From an uncultured Solibacteraceae bacterium (GTDB taxonomy: Bacteria; Acidobacteriota; Terriglobia; Bryobacterales; Bryobacteraceae), in contig CAWIGC010000036.1 in NCBI GenBank assembly GCA_963835555.1, forward strand, positions 34,231-98,230: DNA of 64,000 nucleotides, given 5' to 3'. Positions within the stretch are counted from its first letter, which is position 1. Each line of letters starts with the position of its first letter. The position numbers and the translations under genes were made by a program. This document shows, piece by piece, positions 21,182-34,924 of the stretch. Below the pieces are notes generated by a model that was given only the letters and a program-made list of their open reading frames with translations, was not told the DNA's origin and did no database searches.

Positions 21182-22079
21182 TCGCAGCTTCCCGTGCTGC
21201 TGCCCGACCGTATCGAAATCACCGGCACGGGCCGCTCGCCGCTCGAAAACGTCCCGGAGTTCGTCAATGTCACGTGTCCGCAGTGCGGAGGCGCGGCCCG
21301 GCGCGAGACCGACACCATGGATACGTTCATCGATTCCTCCTGGTATTTCTACCGCTACGATGCGCGACCTCGGCCTGATCGCCAACAACGAACCGGTGCG
21401 CCGCATGTTCACTCAAGGCATGGTGATTGCCGAGGGCGCCAAGATGTCCAAGTCCAAGGGCAACGTGGTGGGCGCGGATATGCTGGCCGAAAAGTTCGGC
21501 GCCGATACCGCGCGCATTTTCGTACTCTCCAACGCCCCCCCGAAAAGGAAGTGGATTGGCGCTTTGAAGGAGCCGAGGGCACATACCGTTTCCTAGGCCG
21601 TGTCTATCGCTTTGTGACGCGGACAACAGGGACCGGCGCCGACTCGGACGCCGGTGACAGGAAGGTGCGCCGCAAGCTGCATCAGACGCTGAAGAAGATC
21701 ACCGAAGACTTCGAGACTCGCTGGCACTTCAACACCTGCATCGCAGGCTTAATGGAACTGGTCAACGTGCTGTACGCCGAAGAGAAGAACCTCAGTTCGG
21801 CCTTACTCGCCGAAGTGAACCAAAAACTGGCCCTGCTGCTCGCCCCCTTCGCGCCTTACCTGGCGCAGGAGATCTGGGAAGAACCGGGCAAGGAAGGTCC
21901 TGTCTTCCGTCAAAGCTGGCCGGCCTTCGATCCCGAACTCGCCAAAGAGGACGAGGCCGAAATCGTGAACCAGGTGAACGGCAAACTCCGATGAAAAGGT
22001 TCAGCCCTTCCTCGCCGGCACGCAGGTGGTCAAACTCATCACAGTGCCGGACAAACTGGTCAACATCGTGGTGAAGTAA
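21182..22079 (+). pseudogene. Diverged partial duplicate of the leuS 3' end (roughly 1.1 kb equivalent, with two internal deletions and frameshifts)
   Basis: It aligns to leuS 19488..20593 at roughly 90% nucleotide identity. It lacks about 130 bp (TGCGAT...caccaaGAT) and about 66 bp near the 3' end. It ends with the same ...KLVNIVVK* codons. Confidence 0.75.
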
Positions 22080-22113
22080 ACGAGGGGGGACAGCCCCCAT
22101 AACTGGTGCGTGT

Positions 22114-23286
22114 CTATCTCGTGGACGCCATCGCCCGCTCCGGCCTCGGTTCTACTGCTTCCCACTCCAAGCGTTCCGCCGTATTCGCGTGCCTACCGGT
22201 TTCGATTTTTCGCGGGGAGCTTGCCGGTTTAGCCGCTGAACTTGCATGGCCGCCGGCACCGCGAGCAGTCTTCCGCCGCCACATCCCGGGTGGTGATCCA
22301 TGAATTCGCTTGAACGAGCGGTTGAGCGCCGACTGATCGGCGAACCCACACTGAATGGCAATCTCGGCAAGCGGTAAGCCGGAATTCGTCATGAGATCTT
22401 TGGCCCTATCCACGCGGCGGTCCGTCAACCATTTATGAGGTGGCACACGAAAGGTCTGTTTGAATCCTCGAGCAAAGTGGCTTACCGATAATCCGCAAAC
22501 CTCCGCAACCTGCCGGAGGACAATATTGCCGTCAAGATGCGCCTCCAGGTACTCAGTCGCCCTTCGCATCTGCAAGGGAGACAGTCCCCCGCAAGATTTC
22601 GGGGGCGAGATGGTCACCCCGCCATAGGAACTGGCAAGGTGGCAGTTCAAGGCGTGAAGGATGTGGTCCAGAAAGATCTTCGAGATGCGAGCGGGGTTCT
22701 CCAGAGAGGCAACGAGGGTCTGTCCCAGGTGATGGACGATAGGATCGAAGGCCCCTTGCGGCCAATCCAGCCGCTCCACTCCGGGTGCCCGATGGGCATA
22801 GGCAACCTCGTCCAGAGCGGCTTGGGTGACGTATAGGACCAGTGCGTCGAACGGATTCGGTAGCAGACACGATGGCTCATCCCGTAAATCGATTGCACTA
22901 ACGGCCCCCAGCGGATAAGATCCGCTCGACACTTTCTTCTTACCAAGGAATTGCTCTATGAAGGGTATGGCTTTGAGTTGGAGCGCAACGATGTAGCCGC
23001 TCTGACCGACGATCGGCTGTGCAACCTCCGGGAGAGCGTTCTTGCTTCGAACTCTCCCAAACGAAAACGACGCCACATTGGATATCTGCACCTCCGCCGT
23101 CGGCGAATCCTTGAGATACATTGTCTCGGCGAGTCGATCCCAGACCGCGGGGATCTCGACGGATATTCCCATGTGCTCCCTTCCCAGCCCTATGGATGCT
23201 TCCCCACGGCGTTTTGGTTCATTGAAGCCCTTTTTGCATCTGTGAGAATCCCGCAGAAATAGCCCGGTCGTGATCGTTTCAGCCAA
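22114..23286 (-). CDS. AraC-family transcriptional regulator
   Basis: C-terminal HTH_18 (...VAEVCGLSVSHFARGFKQTFRVPPHKWLTDRRVDRAKDLM...IAIQCGFADQSALNRSFKRIHGSPP). The ORF N-terminus is probably over-extended. Intact and lower in GC than its neighbours. Confidence 0.7.
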   Translation of the reverse strand: MAETITTGLFLRDSHRCKKGFNEPKRRGEASIGLGREHMGISVEIPAVWDRLAETMYLKDSPTAEVQISNVASFSFGRVRSKNALPEVAQPIVGQSGYIVALQLKAIPFIEQFLGKKKVSSGSYPLGAVSAIDLRDEPSCLLPNPFDALVLYVTQAALDEVAYAHRAPGVERLDWPQGAFDPIVHHLGQTLVASLENPARISKIFLDHILHALNCHLASSYGGVTISPPKSCGGLSPLQMRRATEYLEAHLDGNIVLRQVAEVCGLSVSHFARGFKQTFRVPPHKWLTDRRVDRAKDLMTNSGLPLAEIAIQCGFADQSALNRSFKRIHGSPPGMWRRKTARGAGGHASSAAKPASSPRKIETGRHANTAERLEWEAVEPRPERAMASTR

Positions 23287-23372
23287 GAGGCTTTTTCCAT
23301 CCCGGGCTAATGTGAGATCGAAGGGGAGCGGCGAACGCCCGGCATGCCTCTGTTTATCAAAGGAGATAGACC

Positions 23373-24164
23373 ATGAAACTGATTACGCTTTTTCGAACTG
23401 GACTGCCCGCATGTGCGGTAGCACTTGCGTTCACCAGTCTTGCAACTCAGGGGACCGCACAAGGGCAGTCCGCTACAGGAATAAAAAATGTCATCCTTGT
23501 TCACGGGGCGTGGGCCGACGGCTCGAGTTGGTCGAAGGTTATTCCCTTACTCGAGGCCAAAGGGCTACATGTTGTTGCCGTGCAGATTCCGCTGTCATCC
23601 TTTGCGGACGACGTTGCAGCAACTCAGAGGGCAATTGCCCTTGAGGATGGGCCGGTCCTGCTTGTCGGTCATTCCTATGGCGGAGCCGTCATTACCGAAG
23701 CGGGGAACGACCCGAAGGTGCAGGGACTCGTCTATGTGTCGGCGGTCGCGCCGGACGTGGGGGAGTCCGCTCTCGGACTCATCGCGAGTGTGCCGACGCC
23801 AATCGAGTCCGAGCTAAGGCCCGACCAGAGCGGGTTCCTTAAACTGACTTCTAAAGGGGTTGCGGAAGATTTCGCCCAGGACCTTTCCCCCGGGGAGATT
23901 GCGATTCTGAACGCGACCCAGGGGCCCATCAACGTCGCGGCAATGAAGAGTCCGGTCACCATGCCGGCCTGGAAGTCGAAGCCGTCATGGTACATCATTG
24001 CGGCACATGACCGCGCAATATCCCCTGTTCTCGAAGCAAGCCAGGCAATGAGAATTCATGCGACGACAACGACAGTTCCATCGAGCCACGTCATCATGCT
24101 CGCGCGGCCCGCGAGAGTGGCGGCTGTAATTATGGACGCAGTATCAAAGGCCGGCTCCAATTAG
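23373..24164 (+). CDS. Secreted alpha/beta-hydrolase
   Basis: Signal peptide, HGAWADGSSW and the nucleophile elbow GHSYGG. Intact and lower in GC. Divergent from the AraC gene. Confidence 0.7.
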   Translation: MKLITLFRTGLPACAVALAFTSLATQGTAQGQSATGIKNVILVHGAWADGSSWSKVIPLLEAKGLHVVAVQIPLSSFADDVAATQRAIALEDGPVLLVGHSYGGAVITEAGNDPKVQGLVYVSAVAPDVGESALGLIASVPTPIESELRPDQSGFLKLTSKGVAEDFAQDLSPGEIAILNATQGPINVAAMKSPVTMPAWKSKPSWYIIAAHDRAISPVLEASQAMRIHATTTTVPSSHVIMLARPARVAAVIMDAVSKAGSN

Positions 24165-24200
24165 CGGTGCGGCGGCGTCCTTCGCGGACGTCGCCATTCC

Positions 24201-27697
<3,497 letters not shown>

Positions 27698-27721
<24 letters not shown>

Positions 27722-29622
27722 CTGCGAGCCCTCCGCGCCTCCGCGGAAGACCCGCTCCATGGCCTTTTTGAAATCCGCCGGCTTGGCGTTGGGAATATCC
27801 AGAAACTGCTGCGGATTGCGGTCCACCAGCGGGAACCAGGAGCTCTGAATCTGCACCATGATGCGGTGGCCGGAGCGGAAGGTGTGCAGCACATCCGGCA
27901 TCCAGAACTCGATCTTCTTCGGCTTGCCCGGCGTGAACGGCTCCGGCTTGGAGAGGCTGTTGCGGAACTTGCCGCGGAACGGTTCGCCCCGCACCAGTTG
28001 CTGATAGCCGCCCATGTACACGCCCTTCGGGTTGGGATCGGGATCGGGATAATCGTTGGGGTAGACGTCGATCAGCTTCACCACGAAATCCGAATCCGTG
28101 CCGGTAGTGGACACGTGCAGCACCGGCGTGATGGGCCCGGCGATGGTCACGTCGTGGTCGAGCGGTTCGGTTTCGATACGCCAGCACATCGGGCCGCGTG
28201 GAAGCGAAGCGCTGGTCGAACGTCATATAGTCCACCGGCATGCCCATGCCGGGCGCGATCTCGCCGGTGCGAGGGCACAGGCTTGTTGGGATCGCTGAGC
28301 ATATTCGTCGAAACCCGCGGCGGCGGGCGCGTTCCAGGAGAGCTTGCCGCCGGCATCGAAATACAGGGAGCGGGCAGCGGCGTTCTTCGGCGGCCAGGCG
28401 TCGAAGCGGCGCCACTCGTTGCGCCCGGTCTCGAACAGATATGCCTTGGGAATCGCGCTGTCCGCGGCGGCCTTCAGCCCGTTGCCCTTGCCCTTCAGAT
28501 TCTGCACGAAGAACGGCAGCTCGATGTTGCTCCTGAAAGAACTCGGAGGTGTTCGACTTGAAATTCAGATTGCCGAGCGTGTCTCCGCGGTCGCGCGCCC
28601 ATCCGCCGTGGCGCCACGGGCCCATCACCAGCGTATCCGGCGCATTGGCGCCGTTCTTCTCCAGCGAGTCGAAAAGCTTCAGCGGGCCGGCCAGGTCTTC
28701 GGCATCGAACCAGCCGCCCACCCACATCACCGCGGGAGTGACGTTCTTCATGTGCGGCGCCTGCGCGCGCGTCTGCCAGTACTCGTCGTAAGCGGTGTGC
28801 CGGATGGTATCGTCCCAGTAGACGCTGGTGTGTTTCAGATACTTCTCGTTGGCGTTGGAGATCGGGCCCATGCGCAGGAAGAAATCGTAGGCGTCCATGG
28901 TGCCCGGGTCGAAGCGCACGGTGGGCGCTGGCCGTTCGGGCTCCGGCTTGCGCGGCAGGAAGCTGGAGTAAAAGCGGAAATTCGCGGCGAGGTGAAACGC
29001 GCCATTGTGGTACCCATCGTCGCCATTGCCCACGTCGCCCATGGGAGCCTGGGGCGATACCGCCTTCAGCGCGGGATGCGCGTTCATCAGACCGTGCGCC
29101 GCAAAGAAGCCGGGATACGAGATTCCCCACATTCCGACCTTGCCGTTATTGTTCGGGACGTGCTTCACCAGCCACTCGATGGTGTCGTAGCGTGTCAGTG
29201 CTTTCGTCCGTATCCTTCGGGCCGTCATAATGCGTCTTGTGCGGGCGCACGTCCACAAACACGCCCTCGGACAAGTACCGGCCGCGGACGTCTTCATAGG
29301 CGAAAATGAAGCCTTCCTTCTCCGCCGCCATCGAAGGACCCACCTGCGTTTTGTAGTTATCGATGCCGTATGGCCCCACATTGTAAGGCGTCCGCTGCAT
29401 GATGATGGGATAGGGCTGAGACGCATCTTTAGGTACGTAAACTGCCGCGAAGAGGCGCACGCCGTCGCGCATCGGGATGCGGTATTCGTATTTCGTATAG
29501 TGCGCCACGGTATAGGCCAGCGAGTCGCGCTCGGCTTCCGTGAGGGGTTGGGGAATTAGCGGCTGCGCCAGCGCCGCGGCGCAAAGCAGCAAACTGAGGC
29601 AAGCCGGTTTGAGAGTCATCAC
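27698..29622 (-). pseudogene. CocE/NonD-family (S15 X-Pro dipeptidyl-peptidase-like) hydrolase gene with about 3 frameshifts
   Basis: N-terminus with signal peptide (29146..29622), an alpha/beta-hydrolase core inside the 956-aa chimeric ORF, and a C-terminal beta-sandwich domain (27698..28189). Confidence 0.65.
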
Positions 29623-29640
29623 CGCAAGTTTATAGCACGC

Positions 29641-30393
29641 TTACCGGCCGGAGGTGAACTTGGCAATTACAGTGGTGCCGGGGTCGGTCTGAATGGCCCG
29701 GATTTCCTTGCCGTCATCCAGCAGAACGCCGCGCAGTTTCATCGGGACTGTCGCGTCGGAGTCTCCGACGGAGAGAGTCAACTGCATGTTGACAATGCAA
29801 TCGGAGTCCACCTCCACGGTCCCCGCGGTAGCCGCGTGCGGACCATCTGCCGTCAGGGTTACATTGCCCGTGCCCGTAACGTCGATGGCTCCGTTAGACG
29901 AAACCGCATGTGCCGTCTCTCCGGGCAGCATGGGAGTGGTGCTGCCCGAGATCGTAAAGGTATAACGCTTGCGCAGCGTGCCCGTGCTGCACACTTTTGG
30001 CGTCTTGACCATGACGCCGTGATCGGCGCCGCCTTTGTCCGTCTGACGAAATTGCACGCGCAGGAGATCGCCGGTCATGGTTCCGCTGAAGTGCTGGTAG
30101 GCCCCGGAATCGTCCTGGAGACTCCAGTTGAGGCTGCAATCGGAGTGCGCATCGTACTTTCCGGTCACCGGATTGCCCAGCAGGTAGCCCGCGAAATTCA
30201 CCGACATGTAGCCGCTTACCGAGTTCGGGCTGTCGAACTCCAGACGACCAATGGCCGCGACCGGTGTGGGAGTGCCCGAAATCGTGGTATCACCGGAGAG
30301 TTGCGCGCCGTAGGCTCCCTGGAACTTCCGCGGATCGCAGACATCCGCGGAATGTGCCTGCCAGACCGCGGCGAACAGGAAGAGCCATTTCAT
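29641..30393 (-). CDS. Secreted hypothetical protein (intact)
   Basis: 250 aa with a signal peptide MKWLFLFAAVWQAHS. Rich in Thr, Gly and Ser; predicted beta-rich. No recognisable family. Confidence 0.5.
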   Translation of the reverse strand: MKWLFLFAAVWQAHSADVCDPRKFQGAYGAQLSGDTTISGTPTPVAAIGRLEFDSPNSVSGYMSVNFAGYLLGNPVTGKYDAHSDCSLNWSLQDDSGAYQHFSGTMTGDLLRVQFRQTDKGGADHGVMVKTPKVCSTGTLRKRYTFTISGSTTPMLPGETAHAVSSNGAIDVTGTGNVTLTADGPHAATAGTVEVDSDCIVNMQLTLSVGDSDATVPMKLRGVLLDDGKEIRAIQTDPGTTVIAKFTSGR

Positions 30394-30732
30394 AGCAGGT
30401 TTCCCTGCACGCTAAGGTCCGAAAGAGGTCTAGGCCTGGTTTGAGCGAACAGCGTCTCGATTATCACCTGCGAGAGGTACAAGACCTGCATCGGCGGTAA
30501 GTGTTTCCGGTGGACGGAGCCGCCCCGGCACTTTAGTCACTGAGAGGGGTACGCTACGGCCCGTCCGCAAGGCTTGCGGCATCGGGAAAACCCTGTGGTC
30601 ATGCAACGATTTGCCCTTGCGACGCACTACTTCTTAAGCGCCCTGGGACGTTCGTTGACGTTGGCAATGCAAATGCTGTCCGATGTGCTGCAAACCTGCT
30701 CGTAACACATTGGGAGAACAGGACGGAACCGA

Positions 30733-30882
30733 ATGCAACAAAATGACGATCCGAAAAAACGCCCCCTTTTAACACCCGAACAACTGCGCCTGATGCATCG
30801 CGTTCCCGAGAAGCCGAAGAAGGGAACGCCGCGGGAGGAATTTGAGAAACTCTTCCGAATCCCCGCCCCGACAATCGGCTGA
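30733..30882 (+). CDS. Small hypothetical protein (49 aa)
   Basis: MQQNDDPKKRPLLTPEQLRLMHRVPEKPKKGTPREEFEKLFRIPAPTIG, in an otherwise non-coding 630-bp lower-GC gap upstream of the SPFH genes. Confidence 0.25.
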   Translation: MQQNDDPKKRPLLTPEQLRLMHRVPEKPKKGTPREEFEKLFRIPAPTIG

Positions 30883-31026
30883 TCGCGCTCCTCCCTGCGA
30901 GTGGCGCCTGCAACTCCGACTTCAGGCAACCCGGTCACCGTTCCCGCCAGTAAGCACGCCGGCACTCCCAATCAGTAAGAGGACCGCCGCATCTGGAACT
31001 CGTATACTACGGGGAGAGGTGAGCTG

Positions 31027-32053
31027 ATGCAGATACTGATTGGAGCCGCCATCGGACTGCTGGCGTGGTTCGTGCTGCGCTTCCTCGTGATGGGCGTGTA
31101 CACCGTCGATCAGAACGAACGCGCCGTAAAGACGCGCTTCGGCCGCGCGGTGCGCGTGCCCGGCGGCAAAACCACCCTCGACGATCCCATCGCCGAAGTT
31201 CCTGCGCGCCCGAGGAGAGGGCGCGCTACACCTATCCGCAGGTGCGCGTGATCCCACCCGGCGGGCCGTATTTCAAGATGCCCTGGGAGAAGATCCACAA
31301 GGTCTCCATCGCCACCATGACCGTCAACATGGCGCTCGACCCGGAAGACCCCACGGCCAACGAGAGCGGCACGCGCCTGGAGGCCGTCACCAAGGATCAA
31401 CTCAATACCGGCCTCACCGGCCAGATCCGCTACCGCGTGAGCGAAGCCAATCTGTACGCCTTCCTGTTCGGCATCAAGAAGCCCTTCGTCCACGTGATGG
31501 CCTACTTCGTCTCGGTGCTGCGCCAGCGCATCGCCAACTTCGAGGCCAAGCCCGTGGCCGCTGGCCGCCGCTGCGGCAGGCGCGGCGCGGCGCCGCCGAT
31601 GTCATCGCCGCTGGCCGGCAGCGAGATGACCGGCATCTCCATCAACGACCTGCGCAAGAACCTGCGCGACCTCAACGAGTACATGGACCACGAGTGCCGC
31701 TCCGCCCCGGCGCGCTACGGCGTGATCCTCGACGCCTCGCTGATCACCGGCATCGACCCGCCGCCCGAAGTGGAATCGGCGCTGGCCGCCATCAACACCG
31801 CCCACAACCAGGTGTCGAGCGACATCAGCCTGGCGCAGGCCGCGCGCCGATCAGCGCGTCGTGCAATCCCGGCGCGCCGTGGAGATCGAAACCCTGCGGG
31901 CGCAGGCCGAGGTGGAGCCCGTCAAGGCCCTGGCCGCGGAACTGGCGGCGCTGCATCGCGCCGGGCCGGCAGTGCTGGGCGCCTACCTGCGAAACGTGCG
32001 CCTGGCGCTCTACGACAAGGCCGCAGCAGATCTACCTGGAGGCGGCCAAATGA
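31027..32053 (+). pseudogene. SPFH/band-7 (stomatin/prohibitin-like) protein gene 1, frameshifted
   Basis: N-terminal TM helix MQILIGAAIGLLAWFVLRFLV, then an SPFH core (...YTYPQVRVIPPGGPYFKMPWEKIHKVSIATMTVNM...), then a coiled-coil tail in a third frame ending IYLEAAK*. Confidence 0.6.
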
Positions 32054-32973
32054 TCGATCTACCGGTTACCGGTATCCTGACGGCTGCCCTGATCGTCTTT
32101 GTGGCGGCATTCCTGGCCGAGCCGCTGCTGCTCGGGCTCGCGCCGCATCTTCGGCATCTACGCCATGGTGCAGGAGCGCACCTGCCGCGTGTACGTGCTG
32201 TTCGGCAAGGTGGTCGGCGTGCTGGACGAACCGGGCCTGCACTTTCTGCCCGCCAAACTCGGCGCCGTCCGCGTTCGTCGTCAACTTCCTGGGCAACTGC
32301 CACGTGCTGGATCTGCGGCTGGACCAGGAGTACCTGCGCAGCCAGCCGGTCAATTCCGAGGAAGGCGCGCCCATGGGCATCGGCATCTGGTACGAGATGT
32401 GGATCAGCGATCCGGTGGCCTATCCTGTTCAAGAACACCGACCCGCGCGGCTCGCTGCGCGCCAACGTCAGCAACGCCACCGTGCGCTGCCTGAGCAACA
32501 TGCAGCTGGCGGAGATGCTGGAGACCCGGCACAACATGAGCCAGACGGTGCGCGCCGAAGTCACCGGCAAGTCGCAGGCGTGGGGCTACCAGCTGGGCTC
32601 GGTCTACATCCGCAAGGTGCACTTCCGCGATGTCGGCATGATCCAGCAGATCGAGGAGAAGGTGGTGAACCGCCTGCGCCAGGTGACCTCGCGCCATCAA
32701 GCAGGCCGGCGCCAACCAGGTGAGCGTGATCACCAGTTCGGCGGAACGCGAAGCCGCCGTCGAGTTCGCCAAAGCGGCGGCCATCCGCCCCGCCACGCTG
32801 GGGCAGGCGTTCCAGGAGATCGCCCGCGAACCGGCGGTCGCCGAGGCGCTGTTCGACGTGCTGGAGACGCAACGCATCCTGGCCGGCAAGGTCCAGCATC
32901 TCCCTGCTGCCTGGCGGCGCCGCACGGCCGCATGCTCGCCAATCTGATGGCGGCCGCGACCAAACCCGAGTAG
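32050..32973 (+). pseudogene. SPFH/band-7 protein gene 2, frameshifted; ATGA start/stop overlap with gene 1
   Basis: MIDLPVTGILTAALIVFVAAFLA (TM)...RVYVLFGKVVGVLDEPGLHFLPAKLG...QVTS | AIKQAGANQVSVITSSAEREAAVEFAKAAA... At least two frame changes. Confidence 0.6.
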
Positions 32974-33008
32974 CGCCGGTTCGATTGCACTATTTGGTCG
33001 TAAGCCGA

Positions 33009-33599
33009 CTATCGTGCCGCTCTCTGTTTCGGCTTTCCGCGCGGCCAGAACTCACGGGCCACATGCACGCCCACATCGGCGCCCATGCCAATTCCACCGC
33101 TGGCCAGACCGGCGCCCAGACCGGCCGCGCTGGCAGGCTGCCACGCACGCGAAATCACACCGGCCCCCATGTTCCCGGCGATCCGGCCCATCGCCAGCGT
33201 CTTCCCGCTCCGGTTCGTGCGCGGCACAATAAAGGTGCTCTTCACCGCGTACTTCAGGCGCGGCCACGTTCCGTGCAGGTTCGAGCGCTGAAAGCTCAGA
33301 TCCTCGTGATGCAGCGCGCCTACCCCCATTTCAATGGTTCCCTTTACGACATGCTGACCGAAGGACGACCCTACCCTCCTGGCGAATCCACCGGGACCGG
33401 AACCCCATTCGTGCGGGTAGTTGCGAGCGGTGTTGATACCGGCGGTCACCGCCGACCGCGCGGCGGATTCCGGGGTGAATATCTTCTTTCTGTACTGGTG
33501 CAGGAGTTGGTGCCTGGCCGGAGGAGGGCGGTGTTCGACCCCGTCCGCCGGCCAAACGAAGAGTATCAGGCCACACAAAGCCGCCGTCACCGTTCTCAT
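33009..33599 (-). CDS. Hypothetical secreted protein (intact)
   Basis: 196 aa with an N-terminal signal-like segment. No family recognised. Confidence 0.4.
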   Translation of the reverse strand: MRTVTAALCGLILFVWPADGVEHRPPPARHQLLHQYRKKIFTPESAARSAVTAGINTARNYPHEWGSGPGGFARRVGSSFGQHVVKGTIEMGVGALHHEDLSFQRSNLHGTWPRLKYAVKSTFIVPRTNRSGKTLAMGRIAGNMGAGVISRAWQPASAAGLGAGLASGGIGMGADVGVHVAREFWPRGKPKQRAAR

Positions 33600-33656
33600 C
33601 GCTCACCCCCTGCCGGAACTGGTGCAAGGAGCTCGCCAATGGTTCAGATGACGCGC

Positions 33657-34529
33657 CTAGTGAATTTTCACTCCCGATTTCGCGGCCAGGACGGTGGCGG
33701 CAAGCACATCCCTGCCCAATGGCGACGGATGAATGTCGCACGTAGTTGGGCTCAACCGGACCAGTAGTCCGGCTTTGCACGCGTCGCCGCCGTAACGAGT
33801 AGCGGCCACTTGAAAGGCCGTGAAGCCGTCCGCATAGATCGTCTGGAATTGCGCGCCCACCGCCAGCATCGTCGCGTTCAGGGCCTGGGCAATCGGTATC
33901 AGGTCGCTGGAGGGCGCGTAATAGCCCACTAACACAAGCTGGCCCCGGTAGGGTGCGGAACGAATTTCGGCCAGAATCCGCGTGAGATTGGCCGCGTAAG
34001 TTTGTAGGACGCCGGGCAATTGCGTACTCACGCAAACCGTGGGGCTGGGATTAGTGCCGCATTGACTCAATAACAATAGAACATCGTTGCTGCCGATACC
34101 CAGGGTGACCAGGTTGATCTGCTTATTCGATGTCAACGTGGAGACGGCGAATTCCAGTTGTGTTCCCGGATAATTGGTATGTAAACCCACCCAGCTCTTG
34201 AAGGGCGGCTGGCCCTGCGGCCCGGGGCTGTTGCATCCATAATCCAGCACGCCCGCCGCCACAAAACTGCCGCTGGTCTCGCCCGGGCAGGCGGCGTTGA
34301 CTTCCTTCTTGGGATTTAGCAAATGCTCCCACGAGGCGATAATTTCCGGGTATCCCGTGAAGATGCTGGGAGAGGGTGGGGGCTGCGTCAAGAGCGTAGG
34401 ATTCAGTCCGAATGCTACCGAATCGCCAAGTGCCAGATAAGTAGTATTACTCCCATTGGCGGCACATAACAAACTGGCCGAGCCGAGCAATGTAACAGCG
34501 ATGATAAGTAATCGTCCCTGAAGTAACAT
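33657..34529 (-). CDS. SGNH/GDSL-family hydrolase (secreted)
   Basis: Signal peptide, then LALGDSVAFG (GDS block) and later SGNH blocks. Confidence 0.65.
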   Translation of the reverse strand: MLLQGRLLIIAVTLLGSASLLCAANGSNTTYLALGDSVAFGLNPTLLTQPPPSPSIFTGYPEIIASWEHLLNPKKEVNAACPGETSGSFVAAGVLDYGCNSPGPQGQPPFKSWVGLHTNYPGTQLEFAVSTLTSNKQINLVTLGIGSNDVLLLLSQCGTNPSPTVCVSTQLPGVLQTYAANLTRILAEIRSAPYRGQLVLVGYYAPSSDLIPIAQALNATMLAVGAQFQTIYADGFTAFQVAATRYGGDACKAGLLVRLSPTTCDIHPSPLGRDVLAATVLAAKSGVKIH

Positions 34530-34679
34530 GGTCGGAGTCTATCATGTCAGGCGCTAAACTTTTCGTATATTAGCGTACGATGGCTCTCCGGCCGGTTCTA
34601 CTTCCTGTCCGCCCACCGGCACTTTGGAACCCGGTACTTACGTAATGCGCGGATAAATTTTTTAAATAGCAATGGCCTC

Positions 34680-34708
34680 TTGCATTTGCGAAACTTCTAG
34701 GGTAGACT
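34680..34708 (+). promoter_or_regulatory. Sigma70-like promoter for the ilv leader (-35 TTGCAT, 17-bp spacer, -10 TAGACT) with an upstream AT-rich tract
   Basis: TTGCAT at 34680..34685 and TAGACT at 34703..34708, preceded by ggataaattttttaaatagc. Confidence 0.45.
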
Positions 34709-34721
34709 CGTAATTCACGTT

Positions 34722-34826
34722 ATGTTCAACAGCTTCACAGGCCGGCCGCTTCGCTGCACTCTCCCCAGCGCCATTCCTGTAAGCATTATTATTATTCTCC
34801 TGGTCATCGTATCCGGCCCCGCTTAG
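34722..34826 (+). CDS. Branched-chain amino acid leader peptide (ilvB-leader-like, 34 aa)
   Basis: MFNSFTGRPLRCTLPSAIPVSIIIILLVIVSGPA*. It contains a run of 11 consecutive Ile/Leu/Val codons and sits immediately upstream of an attenuator hairpin and of ilvB. Confidence 0.7.
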   Translation: MFNSFTGRPLRCTLPSAIPVSIIIILLVIVSGPA

Positions 34827-34849
34827 GCCGCCAGGAACCCGGTTCCCAA

Positions 34850-34891
34850 GGCCATCAGCGGGGCGAAACAAGCCCCCCTGATGGCCTTTTT
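34850..34891 (+). terminator. Rho-independent attenuator terminator of the ilv leader
   Basis: GGCCATCAGCGGGGCGAAACAAGCCCCCCTGATGGCC followed by TTTTT. An alternative upstream hairpin GGAACC-CGGTTCC (34834..34848) overlaps the leader stop. Confidence 0.7.
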
Positions 34892-34924
34892 CGTTAGGTA
34901 ACGACTTATTTCGAGGCAGAACAT

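Noticed and set aside
22084-22098. GGGGGG-ACAG-CCCCC hairpin after the leuS' fragment as an intrinsic terminator
   Set aside because: The stem is present but it is followed by ATAACTGG rather than a U-tract. It may be the relic of the original leuS terminator, and it was not called with confidence.
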